DNA of 64,000 bases from Octopus vulgaris (GCA_951406725.2 OX597816.1:64976001-65040000); one strand, 5' to 3'. Shown: positions 12,421 to 26,728, counted from the stretch's first letter. Made by a program: numbers and translations. Notes: generated by a model from the sequence alone, not told the origin.

Positions 12421-14200
12421 TATTTATGCCAAAATTTAAAACCAATATTTTAGGTATATATACAAGCGAACCAAGGTATCAACTAGTACATATTTTCATA
12501 ACTATCCAACATATTCACGGCATATTTTTCAGATGTAAGGCAATTGAATCATAAGGGATAGTGTTTATAATTGGGAGTGGGAAAAATTTTGTTACTGGGG
12601 CAAAATGAGTCATTTCTGATTCTTTACTTGTTTGAAACCATTACATTGCAAATATTGCATCTTTCAAAGTAAAATTAGGTCAAGTATAGTTGTTGTTGAA
12701 CTTGAAAGATTAGAAACATACACGTACCAGGTGTTAATTTAAAAGTAAGTTTTCTTTAACTTTGACCCGTTTTTAATTGAGGTTTCTAATAAAAGAACTG
12801 TATAATTTTTCGTGTCAAACAATCAAAACTCTTTTCTCTGTTGGGTTCCATACTAATTGATAATTTTCCAAAGCTTATGTCAAAAGTATTGCAAAATGAA
12901 GAATAATTAATTTCAACAATTTCATATTTTTAACAGCATGGCGCGTAAATATATCTGGAAGAGAGCCACTCCAAACGATCGTGAAGAAGCTACAAAGAAT
13001 ATTTTACGTTGAGATTTCAGATTTAGTCGAGTTTCTCTAATTTCATACCGTGCCACTTTTCCAGATCCTCTTTCACTTGACCTAAATATTTCTACTTTTT
13101 GTTACATTTCCGATATTTCTCAGGTCTGAGGAGGAATATTAATAGCTTTCTTTTCAAATGGAATTTTACAAAATTAAAGAGACAAATTTACCTTAGTTTG
13201 TATTATTCATTTTGCCTCATCTAAATTTGTCTATTTTATGCTGAAAGACAATGGAGGCAATTTTCTGAAGTATTCTTCTGAATATGTTATAGTATTTAAA
13301 ATTCATTTGGGGAAGGTGATTTGCTTAGCTGATATAGTTTTGTTAAGGTAGTGAACAGTACTAATTTGTTTTTCTCAAAGTCAACAATACAAAAAATATT
13401 ATACATTGTGACTCCCCTCCCAACATCCCACCCGCATATATATTGTGGTCGAATAATTAACTAGACAGGGAGACGAAGTTTGTAGTAAAAGATATAGATG
13501 TGTGTGGTGGGAACACCTAAATGGGAAAAGTATGAGTGAGGCAACGGAAGTCTGACTAGATAAGGGGCAGGCAAAGAGGTGGTATTGAGTGACCTAGAGA
13601 AGGATGAAGAAAGTAAAGAAAGAGAGAAGGACCAGGCTAAAGGGAGATGAAGTAGAAAGTTGTTAAGGGTGAGTCATCCAGTGCAAGATGTTTAGTATTT
13701 GCACAATAGTCATAAACAAGGGCTATAAAGGGCTATAAAGATAAGAAATGTAAGTGATGGGGTATGCAGGTCAGTTGAAAGGAAGCATATTAATTATATC
13801 AGACCGAGAATAGGTAAGAAATAAAACGAAACTTATCAAAGAATAGAGATAAGCATTGTATTGTGCGACTGTGTCATGTATAAGTGTCATATAAACGGGA
13901 GTGGGTGAAGGTCAGTGAGGACATATGACAGTAAACTACTAACTCAAGAGACGAGAAGGGGTAATAAGTTAGTGTTTACAATGGACGAGAAGGCGATGTT
14001 GGCCATCAGAGTGACGTAATCATTCATAGAACACAACAATAAAAAAAATTAGCTGCAAAGTCCATCTGAAGTGGATTTGAGACCAGAATCTGGAGAATTA
14101 ATGAGAAGCATGTTTAAAGCGTCATCAAATCTACCAAGTCACTATCAATAATATTGCTAATAACAATAATAAAATTTAAAATTGATATATCTGTATATTT

Positions 14201-14478
14201 GGTGGAGGTACATGGCCTAGCGGTTAGAGCAGCGGACTCGCGCTCGAGAGACTGCGAGTTCGAATCTTAGACCGGGCGATGTGTGTTGATGAGCGAAACA
14301 CCTAAGATCCACGCGGCTCCGGCCGAAGGTAATGGCGAACTTCAACTGACTCTTTCGGTAAAACTTTATCTCCTGCATCTAGCAGCTCAGCTGCGACCCA
14401 TCCAGGTGGGGAACCTATACGCCAATGAAACCGTCCCTTATGAGCCAGGCATGGCACGAGAAGGAACAAACAACAACA
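14201..14478 (+). mobile_element. tRNA-derived SINE, family C
   Basis: Pol III A-box TGGCCTAGCGG and B-box GTTCGAATC; tail GAGAAGGAACAAACAACAAC; homologous copies at 37022 and 44533. Confidence 0.9.
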
Positions 14479-14498
14479 CACCCATATAAGTGAAAAAG

Positions 14499-14535
14499 CT
14501 TTTAACGTTTCGAGCCTACGCTCTTCCACAGAAAG
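14499..14535 (-). ncRNA. Minimal hammerhead-like motif with non-canonical core (CUGUGGA)
   Basis: Minus strand: CTTT CTGTGGA A GAGC-GTAG-GCTC GAAACGTT AAAAG. Same architecture as the HHR at 22225. Confidence 0.55.
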
Positions 14536-14644
14536 GAACACAGAAAGAAACAAGGAAAGAACATAAAGAATGTGTGGTGGCTAACGATCTATCATGGCGA
14601 ATGCCGAACAGAAGGGTCACAGAGGAGAGCTAGGGAGATGTAAA

Positions 14645-14908
14645 GGCTAAAGACCCCCTTCGGTCATGAATGACCATGGGATTGCACCTAGAAAGTTACC
14701 CTCCTAGACACAAGTCCGGGCAAGGTTGTTTATGGAAGACCAGCAGTCGCCCATGCATACCAGCCTCCCCTCTCCACGCCACCAGTGTTATCCAAGGGAA
14801 AGACAAAGGTCGATACAGCTTGGCACCAGTGACGTCGCAACTCATTTCTACAGCTGAGTGAACTGGAGCAACGTGAAATAAAGTGCCTTGCTCAAGAACA
14901 CAACACGA
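14645..14908 (-). mobile_element. SINE family D (head lost), body resembling an RTE 5' UTR plus RTE-like tail
   Basis: Has the CTTGAGCAAGGCACTTTATTTCACGTTGCTCCAG box shared with other SINEs here; body similar to 53960-54090; tail CCATGGTCATTCATGACCGAAGGGGGTCTTT. Confidence 0.75.
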
Positions 14909-14971
14909 TGTATATATATATATATAATATATATATATAGGGAGATGTATATATATATATATATATAATAT

Positions 14972-15148
14972 ATGGCAGGCTTCTTTCAGTTTCCGTCTAC
15001 CAAATCCACTCACTGGTCGGCTCTAGACTATAGGTCGGCTCTAGGCTATAGGTGAAGACGCTTGCCCAAGCTTCCATTTAGTAGGACTGACCCCAGTACA
15101 ATGTAATTGGGAAGCAGGCTTTTTACCACACAGCCACGCCTGCGCCTA
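14972..15148 (-). mobile_element. SINE family B 5' half
   Basis: Reverse complement of AGGCGCAGGCGTGGCTGTGTGGTAA..GGATTTGGTAGACGGAAACTGAAAGAAGCC. Confidence 0.85.
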
Positions 15149-15951
15149 ATTTTCTTTCTTTATTCTTTCTTCTTTTCTGTTTTTGACGCTGTAATGTGCT
15201 CCTTACATTGTCAGTCCTCCTAAGCTGATTAGTAACCAGAAAAGTGGGAACTGATGAAAATACTGTTCCCTCTAAAACCTCTGTATCTGGTGCAAATTAT
15301 TTCCAGCTAATCCTGAGAATTTGACGAAGACACTTTTACTTATTAAAAGCGTCCGAAGGATTTTATGCGGTGGTTGTAAACAGTCCATGTTTCCGCCGAA
15401 TAAGATAATGGAGAATAGTATAAACGAACGATAAACTAAAATCTTTGTGCTAACATTAATACGCCGATTTAACTACACACTATTCCCAAGAGAACCAAGT
15501 GACTTTGTTACATTTCTGTATGCGAGCTACAGTTTCTATATCCAAAGTTCCTTGCGAGTTAACCATGCATATATATATATAAAGGATATAAATCTGCAGA
15601 TTATATATATATATAGTGCATATGTGTGTTTATGTCTTCCTACGTATGTGACTCTGTGAGTGCGCACGCGTCAGTGTGTGTTTGTGTGTGAAGTATTTCC
15701 TATTGTTGATCAGCTTGAAGAAAAACAACTATTTATAGATGGAGGGACTCCATACATTTATTAGAGTAAGATTTATTGATAATATTGATTAGATAACGAC
15801 TCCAAGTTCTGCTTTTAACGTCTTATTCAAACATATATATGAGCGTGTGTGTATGTATATATGCAAAAGCATATATACACGTGTGTATGTATGTGTGTGT
15901 TTGCGTGTGTATGCATACATATATATATTTATCAATATCTATCTATCTATA

Positions 15952-16043
<92 letters not shown>

Positions 16044-16046
16044 TAT

Positions 16047-16104
<58 letters not shown>

Positions 16105-16305
16105 CATATGTATATATATATGTATATATATATATATATGCATGTACGTATATGTGTATTATGGCATGTATGCGTGCGAGTGTTGATTGTAGCTATGTAT
16201 ATATTTATATATATACGAATATATATCAATGAGCGACACGGAAAAGAGAGCTGGAGAAAGTGAGAGAGTAAAATAGATAGAGACATAGATAGATAGACAG
16301 ATACA

Positions 16306-16385
<80 letters not shown>

Positions 16386-16975
16386 TTTTACATTGAAATT
16401 TTGGAGAAGGGTGAAATAACTTCTGTAAAATGAATCATATATTTCTTTGTAGTTTTATATGTATTCAAGTGTACCGAGAAACGGGTTTTCATCATTGTCT
16501 ACAAGGATACATAGATATTCACACAGTTGCCTAATCAACCGAATTATATGTGCTGTGCTATGAATAGATTAGTGCCTGGCAAATAACATTTCCTATCAAT
16601 GATTTATAGATGGCTTCAACTCTATTAGCAATTCGTGTCTTTAAAAGTGATTGCTGTATTGAATTATGTTTATAATCTGTATTCTCTCAACGACTATAAA
16701 ACTTCCATACCTTTAGAAAACATTGTGTTAGAGTTTTCATATGACGAACTTGTAAAATAACTAGTATTCATAAGTATTGGGTTATAAATTCTGGTTATCA
16801 TTGCGTATTTATGTGTTTACAGAAGACAGCGCATCTAGATGAAATCGTTATATGCATATATAAATGCATTGTTGGACACGCACACCAAACAAGCCTACAC
16901 CCCACTGATAAATACATGCATACATGCATACGTATGTATTTAGGTGTCTTTTCCTCAATCTATTCCACTCGCCCT

Positions 16976-17035
<60 letters not shown>

Positions 17036-17483
17036 ATATATATATATATATGTGTGTGTGTATATATATGTATATATATATATATATATATATACATATA
17101 TATACATATATATATATATAGACATAGATATAGATATATATGCATATATATACATATATATATATATATTTAGATATAGGTATGTATGTGTGTGTAAACA
17201 CAAACATAATTTTATGTGAAATATCTGTATGTATGGAAATATATACATAGATATATACACATAATTACATATTTGTACGTGTATGTATGTGTGTATGCAA
17301 GTATTCATATACATGTATATGCATATACGTATATATACTTACATGTGTACTTGTATGCCTAGCGCTATCTGTGCGTAAACTCCATCGATAATTGCACAGA
17401 CAACGAAACATCAATAAAGATATTCTACCAGTTTATATATAATTAACACATATATATTGCCCATATATATATATTTATATTTA

Positions 17484-17559
<76 letters not shown>

Positions 17560-17653
17560 TATATGTCAGTTTGTGTGAGTAGGTTTGCATCTTTGTACAT
17601 AGGTGTATGTCTGTGCATGCACACATATATACATATAGATATAGCTGTGTGTG

Positions 17654-17734
<81 letters not shown>

Positions 17735-18005
17735 CTTTTATCGTCTGATTGTATATGTTAACGAAAATGTAAGTCTACTGTAATAAACAAATGTCAATAA
17801 ACGGTTATTTAAATCACATTAAGAGCCCATGACCACTCGCACACCTACGCTGATGTTTACACTGTACTATTGCATATTGCATTGAACTAGTGTTTAAACA
17901 CACTCTGATGAAACACACATTCATTGCATACATACAGACCATACCAGAAACTGCTGTCAGATACAATCTGCTATATATGCATCTAAAAGTACGCACGTAT
18001 ACGTA

Positions 18006-18051
<46 letters not shown>

Positions 18052-18362
18052 AGTATAACTATGTATATATATTTATATTTACGTATACATGTTATGGGTT
18101 CTAGATACAGAAGCACATTTATCACATAAATATCGCAACATATTTAAGCGAACCACTAATATTTTGTCTTCTGTTTATTCCAATTATCTTTATGTGAATC
18201 TTTTAGTGACGTGTTAGTACCTATATGTCTGTGTGCATATTCATTTTATTTAAAGTTTGTGCTTATACCTGCAACACTCTAAGGGTTTTATATAGCCATA
18301 GTATAAACATATACATATACATACTACCGCAGATATACACAGCCACACGTGCCAATATAAAA

Positions 18363-18449
<87 letters not shown>

Positions 18450-19560
18450 CATATGTGTATGTGCATGTATGTATGTGTCTATATGCATATATATATATAT
18501 GTTTTTGTGTGTATACATGTACAAATATGTATATAAATATATATGTATATGCATTACACACACACACACACATATATATATATACATATTTACATATAAT
18601 ACACACATATATTTGCATATGTATATATATACATATTTATGCATGTATACACACAGAACTATTAATACATGTATGTATCTATCTATGTAAACATATGTGT
18701 GTGTATGTACACATTTGTATTTATAAAGTCATATATACACACATTCACATGTTTTGTATATATATATAAAGAGTATGTGTGTGTGTGTAAGTGCGTATAT
18801 ATATAAAGTAGGACACACCACTCTATTAACGCTCAGATATTTCTCCATACATGTTATTCAACGCAAAGAAATTGTTTAAAACCAGTACATTTATTGCGTT
18901 TGTGCTTTCTTTGTTTTTGTTATTTTGTTTTTTTTTCCCTTTTTCTCCTAATACTGCCAAGGAGAATCGATGTGGCAATTGTAGCACATAATTTCACAAG
19001 AAGGAGAACCATGAAATTGGTTTCGCAAAATTTGGTATTAAAATTCGGAGACAGCAACTCTCCATCTACCCTGATATTGATTTCTTGCGGTATTTTAGTC
19101 GTGATATCCATATCTATAGGTTGTTAAATATATTAATGTTACCCGATTCTTATATAGGTTACGAGAACAAAACATTTCTCTTTAGTAACAGCCGAAAGCG
19201 TAAATTTAGATGTGGAGTAAATAGAAACTAAAGTTAGATATGTATATATATGGAAACAGCGGCTAAATTATGGTTATAGTTTGCATTTTGTTTGACATTT
19301 CTGCGCATGAATCCATATACGTTCCTATCTCTTTTCCTATCTACAATATCATTTCCCTTAAAACACCCAATATGAAAACTATTTTTATTTCAGTAGTCAT
19401 ATTTTTATTGCACTCTTTTACGGCACAACCTAGCGCAGCTTTCTGTGCCTTAGTTACGTTTAATGTTCTTGTTTTATAGTATGTGGATTTTTTCTTGTAT
19501 TCAAACTTAACGTGTTATATGAGAAAAATTTGTTTCTCTTGCATTCTCTGTTTCTCTCTT

Positions 19561-19611
<51 letters not shown>

Positions 19612-19714
19612 CTATCGTTCTATCTATTTACTTGTCGCTCTCTTTTTCTCTCTCATTGCCTTAGTGGTTCGATCAGGAAAAACGATTAGCGCCTAGTTTG
19701 CGGTTAAAATGATT

Positions 19715-20468
19715 CCAAGGCAAGCAATTTCGCCGGAGGGGTGAAACAGTTGCATTGACGCTAGGGCTCAAAAGGTACTTATTTTATCGACCCCGAAACG
19801 AATGAAAGGCAAAGTCGATATCGATGGAATTTGAACTCAGAACATGTAGACGAAATACCGCTTCTGCCAGCTCGCCGCCCAAAATTTATTTTTTCGTTTT
19901 TGTTTTTGGTGGGTGGAGAGCGAGCCAGTCGATTACATCGACCCCAATGCGTAACTGGTACTTACTTAATCGACCGCGAAAGGATGAAAGGCAAAGTCGA
20001 CCTCGGCGGAATTTGAACTCAGAATGTAACAGCAGAAGAAATGCCGCTAAGCATTTCATTGCCCACAAGGGGCTAAACATAGAAGGGACAAACAAGGACA
20101 GATAAAGGGATTAAGTCGATTACATGGACCTCAGTGCGTAACTGGTACTTAATTAATCGACCCAGAAGGGATGAAAGGCAAAGTCGACCACGGCGGAATT
20201 TGAACTCAGAACGTAACGGCCGACGAAATACCTATTTCTTTACTACTCACAAGGGGCTAAATACAGAGAGGACAAACAAGGATACACAAATGGATTAAGT
20301 CGATTATATCGATCCCAGTGCGTAACTGGTACTTAATTTATCGACCCCGAAAGGATGAAAGACAAAGTCGAGCTCGGCGGAATTTGAACTCAGAGCGTAA
20401 GGGCAGACGAAATACGGCTACGCATTTCGCCCGGCGTGCTAGCTCGTTTCTACCAGCTCACCGCCTTA
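19715..20468 (-). mobile_element. Tandem multimer of SINE family A (head plus about 3 body units, and an adjacent degenerate copy)
   Basis: The box ATCGACCCCGAAAGGATGAAAGGCAAAGTCGACCTCGGCGGAATTTGAACTCAGAA recurs at ~19785, ~19970, ~20157 and ~20340. Confidence 0.9.
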
Positions 20469-21178
20469 GGTGTGCCTAGTAATGCAAGCTGATGACTTAA
20501 GGAAAGCACTAGTGGATAATCTACAGCGAAGGAAATGAGTATTCCAGTGTCCCCATCCTGTGAGTAGTGGTTTAGAACGAGAGATTCTTATGGTATCAAT
20601 TATAACATCTAGCTCATCCGTGGACAAGAGACTGTTATATATTAGTTAACAGTTAATACCAATCATCTGCATGAGTCTATTTTGCGAACTGGTTTTGCAT
20701 CTCCGCCTGTATAGCTGCACTGAAGTACCGAGCCTAGAGCAGCAATCCTTGATATGATTACCAGAGCTTTGTAGAGCGGATTGTGGGAGAGTAAAAGAGG
20801 GACATTGTTACGATAGATCGAGTAGAGGATGTCACATTTTCAGATGAACTTTGGAAGTAACCATTGGCAAATCATGTTATATTCATGTTTATTCATATCC
20901 TGGCGTTTTTGTCACAGCTTTGTCTCACATTTGTGACCTTGTCGCTGAAATAATTTTGATACTCTGGTATTGTATCAGTCTGGAGGGAATCGCTGAGCAG
21001 ATCGCAGATGTATGACGACAATTTTGACACCTCAGGAAATGAACGCAAATTAATACAAGAGATTTGTGTATTCCTAAATGAATACACGAATATTTCACGA
21101 TAAGAATGCGCTCGCTCTCCTTCTCTTTGTCTCTCACTTTGTCTCTATCCGTCAATCTGTCTGTCTCTCTGTCCTTCT

Positions 21179-21218
<40 letters not shown>

Positions 21219-21584
21219 TATTATATTCACTACTGCTACTAAAAACCACTTCTATAGATGTTGAAAAATTGTAAACAGCACTTTCATAAAATGCGAAAAC
21301 TTACAAAAAGTTCTTTCCCTCCTGGGTATTTTAAGATATTTTCATATATTATAATTAACAATTGTAAACTTAGAAAGTCCTTCTTTAAATATCGTAATTT
21401 TATCAATAATTCTTTGTAAAAACATATTTGAATATAGACGCTTGTGTGACTTTAAGTATGTGTGTGTGTATATATAGTTGCATATATTCGTATATACACT
21501 CACACACACATGTATATATCTATTTATCTATATTGGTACATGGTATATGCGTATGGATATGTGTCTGTATCTGCGTAAACATGC

Positions 21585-21861
21585 TCCGCAACCACATGGT
21601 TCTGATTTCAGTCCCAGTGCGTGGCACCTTGAGCAAATGCCTTCTGTTATAGCTTCAGGCCGAGCAAAATCTTGTAAGTAGATTAGGTAGAAATAAACTG
21701 AAGGAAGCCCATCGTGCGTGGCTGAGTGGTAAGAAGCTTCCTTCCTAACCATATGGGTCTCTGTTTAGTACCACTGCGTGACACTTTCCTTGAGTATTTT
21801 CTACTATAGCCTCGGACCAACCAAAGCCTTGTGAGGGGACGGAGACTGAGAAAAGCCCGTC

Positions 21862-21863
<2 letters not shown>
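21585..21863 (+). mobile_element. Two degenerate SINE family B halves in tandem
   Basis: AACCACATGGTTC..GTGGCACCTTG..ACTGAAGGAAGCCC occurs twice. Confidence 0.8.
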
Positions 21864-21895
<32 letters not shown>

Positions 21896-21898
<3 letters not shown>

Positions 21899-22150
21899 AG
21901 ATAATAGTATCATTGAGACTCAAAGGTGTCAGGTAAGGCTGAATAAGTAATATAGACAGACCGTAGTTAAGTTCCAGATTCGTTAATATTGCGAATAAAG
22001 GGTTCAATGTTGGTTCTATGTCAGCGTGTATATATAAGAAATTTTTACGTAATGAGATAAAAAAAAACAAGGCTGTATAGATATTAGAGCGTTTATAGAT
22101 ATGTCTTACAGCTCTGTTAGCTGTAAGACCTTCTATCTATAAATGCTCTA
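21896..22150 (-). mobile_element. Penelope-like 3' end relic with short inverted repeat
   Basis: Minus-strand peptide NFLYIHADIEPTLN resembles the PLE C-terminal LYI...P.LN motif. Hairpin at 22086-22150: TAGAGCGTTTATAGATA..GTCTTACAGCT / AGCTGTAAGAC..TATCTATAAATGCTCTA. Confidence 0.5.
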
Positions 22151-22224
22151 ATGCCTTTTTTTTTGGTGGGGGGAGGCGATTTTTTACCTCCATCTTCCCT
22201 TCCTTGGATCTTTCATTTTCCTAT

Positions 22225-22259
22225 GTTTCTGACGAAGAGCTCCGCTCGAAACGTTAAAC
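22225..22259 (+). ncRNA. Minimal type I hammerhead ribozyme (PLE-type, dimer-competent)
   Basis: GTTT CTGACGA A GAGC-TCC-GCTC GAAACGTT AAAC: stem I GTTT/AAAC, intact core, palindromic ACGT stem III. Confidence 0.8.
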
Positions 22260-22532
22260 TGCATACTAGGACGTCCACACAAAGTCAGATTTGCAAATTA
22301 TATTTACCTTGGACGGTCGTACCGATGATCTACGGACAATTATGTAAGTAAGATTACGTAATTTGTTGATAGTGAAACATGTATGCGAATGATCCATATT
22401 TTTATTGCTTTTTCTTTTTTCTTGCTCGATTACGTTTTGGTTGTTTGCTGAATTTTTTTTTAGAACATTTCTTAGTGGTGAGACCGTAGCGGATCCATTT
22501 CTAGCATATGGGTGTCCACATAGTGGTTTCCC

Positions 22533-22588
<56 letters not shown>

Positions 22589-22697
22589 CAATTTTACTGA
22601 ACCATTAGTTTTTTTTATGCTAGACCACTGGTGTGAAATCAATGTTAATTAAATTAATATATAATTTCTCACCCTCATTTTAAATTTAAATTTATAT

Positions 22698-22751
<54 letters not shown>

Positions 22752-22754
<3 letters not shown>

Positions 22755-22914
22755 CGCAGGAGTGGCTGTGTGGTAAGTAGCTTGCTAACCATCCACATGG
22801 TTCCGTGTTCAGTCCCACTGCGTGGCATTTGGGCAAGTGTCTTCTGCTATAGCCCCGGGCCGACCAATGCCTTGTGAGTGGATTTGGTAGACGGAAACTG
22901 AAAGAAGCCTGTCG
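22752..22914 (+). mobile_element. SINE family B 5' half
   Basis: AGGCGCAGGAGTGGCTGTGTGGTAAG..GAAACTGAAAGAAGCCTGTCG followed by (TA)n. Confidence 0.9.
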
Positions 22915-23408
22915 TATATATGTATATATATATATATATATAAAGCAATTAAGATTCAAGTGAGTTCTATTGAATTCACATGAATGCGGTACTTAACTTA
23001 GATGCACCAGAAATCTATATGATATTAACCATAAAATAATGTGGGGTGATTATAAACAACAAAAAAGCAACTAATCCATTCTTGTTGTTTTTTTCTTGTA
23101 TATATATATAAATATACATAGGCCTGTTGCCCGGATTCTGTGGCGTATATGTTCTCCTGCTGGACAGAGTTACTCATTTTTGTCAGCAGAGTAGAATGGA
23201 ACAGTGTAAAATTAAATGTTTTGCGCAAGAAGCTATGTATCACCGAGTCGAAGAAACGAAACCATAATCTTGCGACCATGAGTGCAAACTGTAACCTATT
23301 CTCTCAGCACAGTGCAGATAATTCGGTTGATTAGGCAACTGTGTGAATACACAGATAGACATACCTACACACACACACAAACACACATAAACATACGCAT
23401 ACACACAT

Positions 23409-23439
<31 letters not shown>

Positions 23440-23461
23440 GAGAGAGATAGAGAGAGAGATT

Positions 23462-23543
<82 letters not shown>

Positions 23544-24384
23544 CAGATTGATTGATAGATAGCTATTTGAACATATGTATGTACGTACGTATGCATGTAT
23601 ATCCTATTTTCTGCTTGTTTGAGTGTCCCTTTGAACCGTGGTGACATCGGCGCAATTAATTTACAAACAGTGTAAAAGCGTACAGTGCTCCGGGGAAAGA
23701 GACTTTTCCCCATGACATTCATAGGTCCTATTCTAATAACCATAAGGTCAATGCAGGCTGATATTCTTAAGCCCCTATAATTTAACATCCCCGGGAAAGA
23801 CATGATCAAGGGAGAAAATTTCACTCGCCTCACATATGTTGCAATAACATGTCAATAACGCTTCTTTTGAATTTCGATCTTATATTTATTTGTATGTTAC
23901 TTTAATATTTCCATTGTTTAGAATTCTTCTATGTTTGTAAGTATCTTTCTAAACGAATGAAAAATTGATATCGTTGGCTTCATTGGTTCTCTGCTAATCT
24001 ATATATTCTATTTATTTTTTTACTCGTTTTATATAAATTCTAGAGCTTCTCCTACAATCACGAGTGTGTCCATTCAACGTATTCTTGCTGACATTACATG
24101 TCAAGTTTGCTCTGTGGTAAAAATATTTATTTAGTTTTTCATTGTTCATGTGGCTGACAACAGAACACGATATATCAATCAATATGCCTATTTTTCTATA
24201 TCTTTTAATGAATGTGCCATATCGGTTTTTGACTTGTCATCCGCAGTGAAAGCTTTTGATGTCACTCATTATGGCAACTCCGTTTTACCATTAGCATTTT
24301 AGTCTATTCTGTTCTATTTCATACAAAGTGACACACAGATAAACACGCACACACACACTCACATTTATGTGTGTATGTATGTAT

Positions 24385-24458
<74 letters not shown>

Positions 24459-26728
24459 ACGCAGGTACGTGTATGCGTAAAATATCTTTGGGTAGTCTAG
24501 TTTGACAACTGATTATGTCTCGCTCTCCTCCTTGTCAATGGCTTCTCTCATGTATATCTCAATACATTTGTGCGTGTATGTATGTGCGTGAGCGGCGTAT
24601 GTGCGTACACATATAATACACATGCCAGTGAAAGTATGGATGTATTTTTTTTTTTGCTTTTGACTTTCTCTTTTGTATTCTAATATGAACAACGTCCTTT
24701 TAGAATGCTTTTGCTTTACATTTTCTTTCTCATATTATTGCTTATTATGTCATAGGAAATAAGAAATAAATATACCTTCATGCAAAAGAGAAAGAAAATA
24801 GTTCTATCATGGTTTTTGCTATGACTTTGATTGAATAACCTTGGCTGAGTTCTGTCTGTTGTAGCAATGGTGTTTTATGTATTATATATGCCGGGAGCAC
24901 TGTATAATACGTGATCAGCACGTAATAACTCAAGTTTATATATGTTATGCTATGCATGTATTTGTGACACTACATATACATTTTATATATTTTTAGCTAC
25001 GACGTCCATATCTCTATGGAATAGTTTCTCTTTTTTTCTTTTGTATGCTATCTTCTGAACGCATCCTGCTTCTTCTGCTACTTGTATAAATTCTCCATAT
25101 CTTTGTCTTATATATTATATTTTGCTCTGTATTGATCGACTCTTATCAGGACACAGTAATTTGAATGGTGGTCCTTTGATAACGATATCAGAAGAGATCC
25201 TTTATATAAATGCGTGATGTAAATAGATTTAGTGTAGCGTGTGGAAGTTATCTTTCGAAGAAACATTCACTATACATTATATATTTATGTGACAATTTCT
25301 TATCAGTAACATAGTTTTCTGATACATATTTATGATATAGATTTAAACATTCATACATCTATACATGTACCTGGAATTCGACATGGTGTTATCTGTGCAT
25401 ATAACAGCTCGATGAAGCCTCTACAAAGTTAATTGACATGCTAGAGATAGCAGCGAAATCTTGTCAAATCTATCCATTCTTAAATAACAAACGACACATT
25501 AAATAATGTAAATCCGGATGCTCATAAAAGTACGAGAGGGTCGCGGTTGATGATAATTTAATTATAGGTCTACTCTATCAAGGGTGGCTTGAACCTAAAT
25601 AAGAAACCGAACAAGATCACTCTGGAAGATTTTACTGCAGTTTATGCGTTAGAATCTACAGAATATACCTTATAACATAAGAACAGAACTGGTTTGAGAA
25701 GGATCAATATTAATTTATATTGTCTACAACAATCCTCATTTACTTTCAGCCTAAAACTAAGTGTTAATTCAACGCTCGTTCAGTTAACAAAGTGTTGAAA
25801 TCTTCCTGCCTCAGGTTATCTAAATGAAATTAGATACAAATGGATAGGTGAGTTGTTGGTAGAAATCTAACATAGGAGAGAATTTACGATCTGCTAAGTA
25901 GTTTTAGTACCAAATCGCTTCATGTCAGAACTGTCTTTGACATTGATCAACTCGGAAAGGAAATGGGTATTACGAGGTTTCAGTCGCCCTAACGACATTG
26001 CATTATAAATGCAAACGTCAGAAAGTGTTAAGGAATATAAATGAAGAAAACGCCGTTTTATGAATAGTTTTACATGGCAATGTTGGGGGTCGATAAGCGT
26101 ATTCTATTAAACAGCCAAACATTGCCTCCCACTGATTGTGCAAAAGCATTAGCTTCTTAGCAGGAAATTAATTTATAATGACCATTATTCTGCTCACATG
26201 CTACTCAACGTGATTACTCTATTACATGCATTAACAAAGTCTCTTTGTGACTATAAAAACTGTTCGTTTCAATTTGGTTTAATCCATTCACTAATATTTG
26301 ATGAAATATTCAGCATAAAACTTTAGTTCTGCCAAATACTTACAGCAAGGCACTACCAATATTACATCCGTGATCGGCTTTAATGTCTTTGATTTCTAAT
26401 TCTTCATTTCCACTAAGTTGCATGTTTCGATACTGAGCAAAACGTTCCATAGAATGTATTTTGTGATTATTACACACCACGTTTACTAAAACCGAACATA
26501 AATCATTACAATTGCTCACATAATGTAATATATAATGTAAGTGAATCACGAATAACTGGAGATAGTTTTTCCCAATAAAATTCGACCTAAATTTTATGTA
26601 TGTGAAAATATATGACATTAGTCGAGCATAGCAAAGCTGTTGGTTCCTATCTCAGAACAAATTTATGTGTCTTACGAGAATGTTCTTGTCAAACGAACAC
26701 TCTATGTACCACACAATTACACACACAA

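Noticed and set aside
13500-14020. Purine-rich block, possible ancient CR1/L2 RT on the minus strand (similar case at 20560-20880)
   Set aside because: Only scattered short motifs (GVP; LYKALV); too decayed to call without a profile search.
14201-14280. tRNA-like sequences at SINE heads (also 37250-37319, 44765-44838, 51680-51750)
   Set aside because: A and B boxes are present but there is no complete cloverleaf, and each continues into a SINE body.
15839-18769. Many [12 protein letters not shown] ORFs
   Set aside because: (TA)n and (TG)n dinucleotide repeats lack stop codons; not genes.
23240-23833. 197-aa ORF
   Set aside because: Length is due to (TATC)n/(TG)n read-through; the unique part has no recognisable domain.
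25920-26618. Possible Harbinger/ISL2EU transposase relic (ADHGCNI; LGRLK)
   Set aside because: Two weak motifs only, and no TIRs found.
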